A stretch of DNA of 64,000 bases from Planctomycetota bacterium (lineage in GTDB: Bacteria; Planctomycetota; Phycisphaerae; UBA1845). Shown piece by piece: positions 54,601-61,119 of the stretch. Position 1 is the stretch's first letter. Each line of letters begins with the position of its first letter. The position numbers and the translations under genes are program-made. Location of the stretch: NCBI GenBank assembly GCA_024276605.1, contig JAJRWX010000023.1, forward strand, positions 81,538-145,537, in the 5' to 3' direction. The notes below the pieces were generated by a model. It was not told the DNA's origin. It saw only the letters and a program-made list of their open reading frames with translations, and ran no database searches.

Positions 54601-55083
54601 AAATGTGATGACATCCCCGCGCGAGGCGACCCACTGATCCGTAGGGCCGCCGGCAAGATCAACACCGTCGATCGCTACAATTTTTATGGAAAACAGCGGG
54701 GCGCAAGCGACGCTATTGATGACAGTACCCAGGCACATTCCCTGCGTGCATATGTCATTTTCCGTACAGGCGTCGGCATCGTCACAGGTTGAGTAGTTAA
54801 AGCTGTTCACGCAGGTACCGGCGTTACAGCTATCATCGGTGCAAACATTGGCATCATCGCAGTCTGCATCTATCAGGCATACGCCGGAAGTGGCAAAAAG
54901 GTTGGTAGTCAATAGCCATACAAAAGCACATACCAAGATGGACAAGCCATACTTTGATTTGGTACATCCTGTCACTTTTCTATAGTATGTCACAATATAA
55001 TTCCGAAGGTATGGCTGGATAGTTTGCAGACCCAACCCGATCGTGCTAACAGTTACGCGCATAAGCAATAGCCCAATAGACAA
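51673..55083 (-). CDS. giant secreted Cys-rich repeat / right-handed beta-helix protein with IPTL-CTERM sorting tail
   Basis: 1136-aa ORF. A probable GTG start at 54975 would give the signal peptide TGCTKSKYGLSILVCAFVWLLTTNLFATSG. Two blocks of about 6-8 repeats of DCNxNxIPDECD flank a beta-helix region (NSLVVNNYAINDGAG...FNGNQADNFGGG...FTANIAGAGGGG). TSP3-like D-rich repeats follow, then the C-terminus GIPTLSSWGLIILLLSLLTV. Confidence 0.8.
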   Translation of the reverse strand: MSIGLLLMRVTVSTIGLGLQTIQPYLRNYIVTYYRKVTGCTKSKYGLSILVCAFVWLLTTNLFATSGVCLIDADCDDANVCTDDSCNAGTCVNSFNYSTCDDADACTENDICTQGMCLGTVINSVACAPLFSIKIVAIDGVDLAGGPTDQWVASRGDVITFELFASRWAPRAILASNLLIDRQSFFSGDTGTILPVTVPDPNAGAFIDEARPDFIFIGLPMVALVFNESIDFLEYLAVITDVDICRDDPGSEVYLGTLITEVSDTASGTFNICPQAFFDDITITFMTLCPDGTVIEPSDLACATVEIPLGNCNRLPDCNTNGQWDVCDVAGGNSLDCNRNDVPDDCDIRDSSSDDCNQNQIPDECDIANGLSTDCDANGIPDECDPDCNGNGVADACDIAGSLSFDCDGNGIPDECALFFVDASANGNNDGSSWVDAFPTLQSAITAMKPMCGPGREIWVAQGTYRPDVVDGDRSASFELLRGVAIYGGFVANETNLDERSTGLLTTILSGDLNANDTSDPTSKQDNSYHVIRAVSVNASAILDGFVIRDGYADGIDADANGAGIHLTAADPVVANSLVVNNYAINDGAGAWTIQGRPSFVNCIFNGNQADNFGGGLRHVTGIPIVTNSTFTANIAGAGGGGVFSGRSDAGNNAQTIPSSVHMTNVILWGNAQLQLFNQRESAQIVATVPNIDFSCVEGLTPQLGGIGNIGDDPLFVDADGPDNIAGNTDDNLRLALGSPSIDKGDNLAPAILLSDFDGRLRIDQCRTDMGAFESPHFADCNASGIGDACEIEDGLVTDCNDNLTPDECEIDCNGNGIADSCEIENGTSLDCNNNAIPDECELDCNQNTIPDDCDISDANSTDCNHNGIPDECDLASQTSSDCNANVISDDCEVREAFLAGSQRFIPITAGVPMTFPFDPAPLAIDNVSIAFLGRGDLGAADEFLSVTVGGVFVGLVYVDNARECAPFGFDVDEIVVSAAVFNQAIELGGAIIEAIPSDAVDSNPCTSPADLLIFVSYDGPSALDCDANLIPDECEIDTDADGLIDPCDECPNDPDKSLEGVCGCGVSDVDSDGDTVPDCIDRCPNFDDTLDQNADGLADCLGIPTLSSWGLIILLLSLLTVTKAASLQSKKYLHQ

Positions 55084-55240
55084 GCCGCCCCTGCAGGCAT
55101 CATAGCTTTCTTGTGAGTACGTTTCAACGAATTTATCCGACTTATTTTGTTTTCTCGTGGCGTTTATTGTCTGTACCTAAGATTCGGTAGATGGTGGGAC
55201 ATGGTTCGCATTCCATAGCCATTACGTGTGGGCACAACCA

Positions 55241-55310
55241 ATCCGAACCGCGACCGTGAGGAAGCGACCTACGCACGACTAACTATAGACCGCTTCCTTA
55301 CGGTTCGGAT
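55241..55310. repeat. long hairpin abutting the dgt stop codon (REP-like or terminator stem without U-tract)
   Basis: ATCCGAACCGCGACCGTGAGGAAGCG (55241-55266) pairs with CGCTTCCTTACGGTTCGGAT (55291-55310) around a 24-nt loop. The left arm carries a 4-nt bulge. Confidence 0.5.
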
Positions 55311-56407
55311 TAAGTGAGAAGCTCGTATTGACGTTGACAAAATCGATTACTCATACCAGCGATGTAATCGCACACGACCCGCGCGCGACCCTGGTCCTCA
55401 ACGCGGGCTAGAAAACGCGGAGGCAAATGTTTGGGTTCGTTACATAAAATGTCAAAGAGACGTCGCACCATCTTCTGCCCGGCGTTGTCTACCCGTTGCA
55501 CTTCAGCATGGCCATAGATGTGGGTTTGCAGGAACCGTTCCAGGTTTTCAAATTGTTGCACAAGTTTCGATGACATCATCACGTGCGGTACTGTGGTTGC
55601 GTGTGTGTTGATATGGTCATGGTGAATCTGATTATGTGTCGTGGTGACGACATCTTCAATAGCGCCTTGCACGATCGCATCTAATACCGTTCGTCGCAGC
55701 TTGAATACATTGTCTCGGTTGATAACTTCTACGCGGCTACGATCGCAAGCCGCTTGCCAGAGTTCGAGGTCGGCAAGTTGATCCATTTCAATCATACCTG
55801 CACCGAGTGCATCTTCAAGATCATGCGTATTGTAGGCGATTCGATCCGCCAACGACACCATTTGAGATTCGATTGACGGCGCAGCCGACGCAGCCGCCGG
55901 TATATCATAAGGCGTGGCGTGGGCGGCCAGGCCTGCGCGTGTGGCTTGTGTGAGATTTAGACCGCGAAACTGGGGGAATGGATGCTCCAAATAGTCTACC
56001 ACGCGCAGCGCGTGTGCATTGTGATTGAACCCACCGTGGTCGCCCATCATGTGATGGAGGCCCGCTTCACCCGCATGGCCAAAGGGCGGATGACCAAGAT
56101 CATGCGCGAGCGTGATGACTTCAGCTAGCGATTCATTGGCGCCAAAAGCTTTTGCAAGCATACGCGCAAAATGCGCGGCTTCGATAGTGTGCGTGAGACG
56201 GGTGCGGAAATGGTCGTGAAAATCGGGCGAAAAAACCTGCGTTTTCCCTTCCAGTCGCCTAAATGCCGAACAAGCGATAATACGATGTCGATCAAGTTCA
56301 AAAGGATCGAGACTCGATAGTAGTGTTTCCTCATGCGCACGCGACACGCCCGCCGGCGGAAACGTCGCGAAAGCAGCCAACGATGATGCAGGCGTTATCC
56401 GTGTCAC
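55310..56407 (-). CDS. dgt: dGTPase-family HD-domain triphosphohydrolase
   Basis: FRTRLTHTIEAAHFARMLA; ITLAHDLGHPPFGHAGE; ADRIAYNTHDLEDA. 365 aa. Confidence 0.85.
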   Translation of the reverse strand: MTRITPASSLAAFATFPPAGVSRAHEETLLSSLDPFELDRHRIIACSAFRRLEGKTQVFSPDFHDHFRTRLTHTIEAAHFARMLAKAFGANESLAEVITLAHDLGHPPFGHAGEAGLHHMMGDHGGFNHNAHALRVVDYLEHPFPQFRGLNLTQATRAGLAAHATPYDIPAAASAAPSIESQMVSLADRIAYNTHDLEDALGAGMIEMDQLADLELWQAACDRSRVEVINRDNVFKLRRTVLDAIVQGAIEDVVTTTHNQIHHDHINTHATTVPHVMMSSKLVQQFENLERFLQTHIYGHAEVQRVDNAGQKMVRRLFDILCNEPKHLPPRFLARVEDQGRARVVCDYIAGMSNRFCQRQYELLT

Positions 56408-56431
56408 GTGATCAACCTTGTGTCATCGATT

Positions 56432-56953
56432 TCAGGAGAAAGGATTGGTTTTATCGACCGTGTCCATCAGTTGATTGTACATCGCATCGAGGGCATCGGG
56501 AATCACGCGAGATTCACCCAACACAGCCATGAAGTTGGTGTCACCGGACCAGCGCGGTACGACATGGGCATGAAGATGATCCGGCAAACCCGCTCCGGCG
56601 CATCGTCCGAGGTTGTAACCGATATTAAAACCATGAGCTTTTACGCTGGACCTTAGCAAGGCAACACTGCTACGAATGAGCTGGCCCATCTCGGAAAAAT
56701 CTTCGGTGGATAACTCGGCGAAGTCGCCCTTGTGATGGGCATGCGCAATCAATAGATGGCCATTCGTATAAGGGAAACGATTCATGACCACATACGAGGT
56801 TTCACCACGCCAGATTACGTGGTTCGTGTGATCATGTTCCACACCAGCCCAATACGTGCAAAGGAAGCATCCATCGTCTTGACTCTCTTGATCGAGCGAA
56901 CGGATGTATTCCATACGCCAGGGTGCCCAGAGGTTTTTGTTGAATTCAGGCAC
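56432..56953 (-). CDS. HIT-family nucleotide hydrolase/transferase
   Basis: VVMNRFPYTNGHLLI...GLPDHLHAHVVPRWSGDTNFM contains the histidine triad HxHxHxx. Confidence 0.8.
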   Translation of the reverse strand: MPEFNKNLWAPWRMEYIRSLDQESQDDGCFLCTYWAGVEHDHTNHVIWRGETSYVVMNRFPYTNGHLLIAHAHHKGDFAELSTEDFSEMGQLIRSSVALLRSSVKAHGFNIGYNLGRCAGAGLPDHLHAHVVPRWSGDTNFMAVLGESRVIPDALDAMYNQLMDTVDKTNPFS

Positions 56954-57063
56954 AGCAGCACCTTCCTATCTAAGTTACGCCTAGCAGTGTAACTGTCCTC
57001 CAGCCACTAAACAAGTATAGCGGTGGTTGGCATAGCCGTGCTACCGGGGTAGACTTTCAAACT

Positions 57064-57696
57064 ATGTACAAACCACGAATATTAGTCGTTGCGGTAGGTC
57101 TTTACTTTCTGGCCACGGGTACCTCATGTAGTCGAGATGTTCGCCTGGCCGGACATCACATACCCAAAAATGTCCAGGTCAAAACGGTTACGCACTATGG
57201 GCAAGTGCTCGATGAAAGTGCGACTCCTGAGCAAGTTGCGTTCGTCTTACTGCGGGCGATCAAAGAAGATTTCGAGGCTACTACGCCTCAGGACCGCACT
57301 GATGCATTGAATATTCAGTTCGATGTCTGCGCCCCCGATGCCATTATTTCAAAGCTCAACAATATATTGACGCGCGATGAACTACTCTACCATGTAGTTC
57401 ACCATTGGACGCCCACCGTGGGCCATTATGTCGGTGACATTGGTACGGAATTCGATCAAATGGAAAGTCGATTGATCCGAAGGGGGCTGCGGCAAGTAAC
57501 CGGAGCCGCTGAAGGGGTGAAGGAATGCAAGATATTGGTGGAATTGGCTGATCCCAGTGGTGATCCGAATGCATCCGTGGTACTGGCGTTAGCCATGATT
57601 CAAGAAAAAAACCATTGGCGTGTAGGACGGTTAGCGTTTGCACCGACCATACGATCGCTCGCTGCCCTATCCACCACCAAACCATCGAATCACTGA
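57064..57696 (+). CDS. lipoprotein of unknown function
   Basis: MYKPRILVVAVGLYFLATGTSC is a lipobox. 210 aa, no recognised domain. Confidence 0.55.
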   Translation: MYKPRILVVAVGLYFLATGTSCSRDVRLAGHHIPKNVQVKTVTHYGQVLDESATPEQVAFVLLRAIKEDFEATTPQDRTDALNIQFDVCAPDAIISKLNNILTRDELLYHVVHHWTPTVGHYVGDIGTEFDQMESRLIRRGLRQVTGAAEGVKECKILVELADPSGDPNASVVLALAMIQEKNHWRVGRLAFAPTIRSLAALSTTKPSNH

Positions 57697-58057
57697 TAGG
57701 CCAGTCCTGCAGGTTTGACTATGATGACGAGCGACCATGGGGGGGGCAATGCTGTTGACTTAACGCGGCGGTTCGTAGCGCAGGCTTCCAGCCTGCTTTA
57801 TGATCGCGGATTGAGCAGGCAAGATGCCTACGCTACAAGCCTAAATCAACAACATTGGGCGGGGATCCCGATCGTCTTGTATGTACGGGCCTGTCACAGC
57901 TAGTGCAAGCTATATGTCACCGTAGCGGCAGTCGGGTGGCTAGGTAAGTCTGCTTCGCCAGTCGAATCCGGGTAGTCCCGTATGTTAGTGGGTCTATCCG
58001 AGCGCGAGAGTATGGATCTGCCACGGCGGTACGCGATTAAGAGAACACGTTCAACAC

Positions 58058-59989
58058 ATGGAACCGGCAACAATCACAGTTAAAGGGGCGCGCGAGCATA
58101 ATCTACGTGACATCTCGCTGAAGTTGCCCAGAGGTAAGTTGATTTGCCTGACCGGTGTATCCGGTAGCGGTAAAAGCAGCTTCGCGTTTGATACCCTCTT
58201 CGCCGAAGGTCAGCGTCGTTACTTGGAATCGCTGAGTTCTTATGCGCGTCAGTTTCTCGGGCAATTACCCAAACCGGATGTAGATCAAATAAGCGGGTTA
58301 AGTCCTGCGATTTCCATTCAGCAGAAGACTTCCGGCTGGAACCCGCGTAGCACCGTCGGCACCATCACGCAGATTAACGATTATCTACGCGTACTTTTTG
58401 CCCGGGTTGGATCGCAACATTGCCCCAAATGCGGGCAAGTGATTTCCGCACAAACCCGCGAACAAATAATCGCACGCATTTTATCATTGCCCAAACAAAC
58501 CAGGTTTCTGGTCCTTGCGCCCGTGGTGAGAGGTCAGAAAGGTGAATATAAGGACTTGTTCGCGGATATGATTCGACAGGGGTACGCGCGAGCACGTGTT
58601 GATGGTGAGGTTGTGTCGCTGTCGGACGTACCTAAGCTAGCCCGTCATATCCGCCACCATATCGAAATTGTAATCGATCGATTGATCATCCAGGCCACGC
58701 TACGTCCACGATTGGCGGAGGCTGTCGAAGCAGCGCTGAAGTTGGGTAATGGCACTTTGATCGTTCATCCGGTCGAATCACCAGGCGCCACGAAAAAAGA
58801 GAAACCCAAGAAGCGCACATCGGAAAAGGATACCAGCGGAGACATACTCCTGTCATCCCATTATGCGTGTACGACATGTGACCTGAGCTTTGAACCGCCT
58901 ACGCCGCAGCTATTAAGCTTTAACGCGCCGTCGGGGATGTGTCCGACCTGCGACGGCATGGGTGAGACGTTTGACTTCGATCCCGAACTGCTCGTGCCTG
59001 ATCCGAAAAAATCGTTTTTGAAACTGGCGATTGCGCCCATGCGAACCAGGATTGGCCGATGGCGTCGCCATATATATCGCGGCGTGGCTAACCATGTCGG
59101 TTTCGATCTCAACACCCCTTGGCAGAAGCTTTCTAAAAAGGCGAAAAACGCATTACTGTACGGTCTTGGCGATACGCATATTACTTTTGAATGGCGCTGG
59201 TCCGGCGGTGTCTGGCGACACGGTGCCACCTTCGACGGTATTATCGCAGACCTGCGCGATAAACATCGCAAGGCCAAGTCTAGTTTCGTTCGCGCATATT
59301 ACGAAAAATACATGCAGCGGCGCTCATGTCCCGACTGCCACGGCGGGAGACTCAACACCCAAGCTTTAGCGGTGCGCCTCGGGGGACTCAACATCAACGA
59401 TATATCCGCCCTATCCATTCACGAGGCACGGACTTTTTTCAGCCAACTCAAACTAAGTCAGACGCAGCAATACATCGCAGAGGAAGCTTTGAAGCAAATC
59501 AGCGGTCGGCTGGGTTTTCTTTGCGATGTGGGGTTGTCCTACCTCACGCTTGAGCGCACGGCACCGACGCTATCAGGTGGTGAATCACAACGGATTCGCC
59601 TGGCCTCGCAAATCGGCGCGGGCTTGGTCGGCGTGCTATACATTCTCGACGAACCTAGTATCGGCCTGCATGCCCGCGACAACGACAAACTGCTACAATC
59701 ATTGTGCCATCTACGTGACATGGGCAATACGGTCATCGTGGTGGAACATGACGAGCAGACGATGAGAATAGCCGACGAAATCGTGGATTTTGGTCCCGGC
59801 CCCGGTGTTCGAGGCGGCAAGATCATGGCCCAGGGCAGCCTGCAAACGCTGATGCGCAATAAATCATCTATCACGGGTAGATACTTACGAGGTCAGGAGC
59901 GTATCGACATTCCCACCAAGCGCCGACCAGTGGTCAAACCGACCGCGTCCACTACCAAGCAACGAAAAACGAAAGCCTCCAAGCGATAA
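58058..59989 (+). CDS. uvrA: excinuclease ABC subunit A paralogue 1, N-terminal ABC half (with UvrB-binding and insertion domains)
   Basis: [32 protein letters not shown] (Walker A), [18 protein letters not shown], Zn module CPKCG...CTTC...CPTCDG, signature [12 protein letters not shown], Walker [13 protein letters not shown]. It ends in a K/R-rich tail; the stop TAA at 59987-59989 overlaps the next ATG. Confidence 0.9.
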   Translation: MEPATITVKGAREHNLRDISLKLPRGKLICLTGVSGSGKSSFAFDTLFAEGQRRYLESLSSYARQFLGQLPKPDVDQISGLSPAISIQQKTSGWNPRSTVGTITQINDYLRVLFARVGSQHCPKCGQVISAQTREQIIARILSLPKQTRFLVLAPVVRGQKGEYKDLFADMIRQGYARARVDGEVVSLSDVPKLARHIRHHIEIVIDRLIIQATLRPRLAEAVEAALKLGNGTLIVHPVESPGATKKEKPKKRTSEKDTSGDILLSSHYACTTCDLSFEPPTPQLLSFNAPSGMCPTCDGMGETFDFDPELLVPDPKKSFLKLAIAPMRTRIGRWRRHIYRGVANHVGFDLNTPWQKLSKKAKNALLYGLGDTHITFEWRWSGGVWRHGATFDGIIADLRDKHRKAKSSFVRAYYEKYMQRRSCPDCHGGRLNTQALAVRLGGLNINDISALSIHEARTFFSQLKLSQTQQYIAEEALKQISGRLGFLCDVGLSYLTLERTAPTLSGGESQRIRLASQIGAGLVGVLYILDEPSIGLHARDNDKLLQSLCHLRDMGNTVIVVEHDEQTMRIADEIVDFGPGPGVRGGKIMAQGSLQTLMRNKSSITGRYLRGQERIDIPTKRRPVVKPTASTTKQRKTKASKR

Positions 59990-61119
59990 TGGCCAAACAC
60001 AAGCGTAAACCTAAGCAACATCCGCAAGACGAAGGATGTCCCTGGTTAACCATCGTGGGTGCGCGCCACAATAACTTGCGCGATATAGACGTAGCCATAC
60101 CGCTTCAACGGTTTGTGTGTGTGACCGGTGTATCAGGGTCGGGCAAGAGTTCGCTGGTTAACGACATTCTATGGGAGTCATTAGCCAAAGACCTCAACGA
60201 TATGGTCAAAGTTCGTCCCGGTTTACATACCCACATAGATGGCACGGAATATCTGGACAAAGTAATCGCCATCGACCAAAGCCCAATCGGTCGAACACCG
60301 CGTTCCAACCCGGCTACCTACATCAAGGTATTCGATGAAATCCGTACTTTGTTTACCAAACTCACCGACGCCAAAGTACGGGGCTATAAACCCGGACGAT
60401 TTAGCTTCAACGTCCACACGGGAAAAGCCGGCGGCGGTCGATGTGAAGCATGTGAAGGCAACGGTAGCCATCGCATGGAGATGGACTTCCTTGCTGATAT
60501 ATGGATCACTTGCCAGGTGTGTGGCGGGCATCGATTCAACCGTGAAACCCTCCACATTCAATTCAAAGGAAAAAGTATCGCAGACGTTCTTGAGATGGAT
60601 GTGCAGCAGGCGTTGAACCACTTCGCCAACGTCCCAAAAATCGCCAAGATGCTGCAAACACTTCACGATGTGGGGTTGGACTATCTCAAGCTGGGTCAAC
60701 CATCGCCCACACTATCCGGCGGTGAAGCGCAGCGCATTAAACTCGCACGAGAACTGGTCAAGCGATCGACCGGTCGAACGATGTACATCCTCGACGAACC
60801 AACCACCGGCCTACACTTTCACGATATCAAAAAACTATTAGCCGTGCTGCACGGTTTTGTGGAAGCGGGTAATAGTGTGATTGTGATCGAACACAATCTT
60901 GACGTCATTAAAACAGCGGATTGGGTGATTGATTTGGGTCCGCAGGGCGGCGCAGGTGGTGGGCGCATCGTAGCTGAAGGTACGCCGGAAAAGGTGGCTA
61001 AGTCCAAGCGGTCTGCAACCGGCGCGGTGCTGCGTGAATTGTTTGATAACCTCGCGGCGCGGGCGGCGAACAATAAGTTCGAGGCGCCGCGCGGTAAAAA
61101 CATTCATAACGGTAAATGA
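59989..61119 (+). CDS. uvrA: excinuclease ABC subunit A paralogue 1, C-terminal ABC half encoded as a separate ORF
   Basis: [41 protein letters not shown], Zn finger CEACEGNG...[50 protein letters not shown]. It is in the -1 frame relative to 58058-59989. Confidence 0.9.
   Translation: MAKHKRKPKQHPQDEGCPWLTIVGARHNNLRDIDVAIPLQRFVCVTGVSGSGKSSLVNDILWESLAKDLNDMVKVRPGLHTHIDGTEYLDKVIAIDQSPIGRTPRSNPATYIKVFDEIRTLFTKLTDAKVRGYKPGRFSFNVHTGKAGGGRCEACEGNGSHRMEMDFLADIWITCQVCGGHRFNRETLHIQFKGKSIADVLEMDVQQALNHFANVPKIAKMLQTLHDVGLDYLKLGQPSPTLSGGEAQRIKLARELVKRSTGRTMYILDEPTTGLHFHDIKKLLAVLHGFVEAGNSVIVIEHNLDVIKTADWVIDLGPQGGAGGGRIVAEGTPEKVAKSKRSATGAVLRELFDNLAARAANNKFEAPRGKNIHNGK

Noticed and set aside
58043-58052. 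Perfect palindrome GAACACGTTC 5 nt upstream of the uvrA ATG as a LexA (Cheo-box-like) operator.
   Set aside because: The spacing is GAAC-N2-GTTC, not the N4 of the known Gram-positive box. About 60 perfect 10-bp palindromes are expected by chance in 64 kb. It is worth only a genome-wide motif check upstream of recA and lexA.
59960-59990. Programmed -1 ribosomal frameshift joining the two halves of UvrA paralogue 1.
   Set aside because: No canonical X-XXY-YYZ slippery heptamer in the correct phase (CGA-AAA-ACG does not re-pair well). No obvious downstream stimulatory structure. A simple indel or a true split is more parsimonious.
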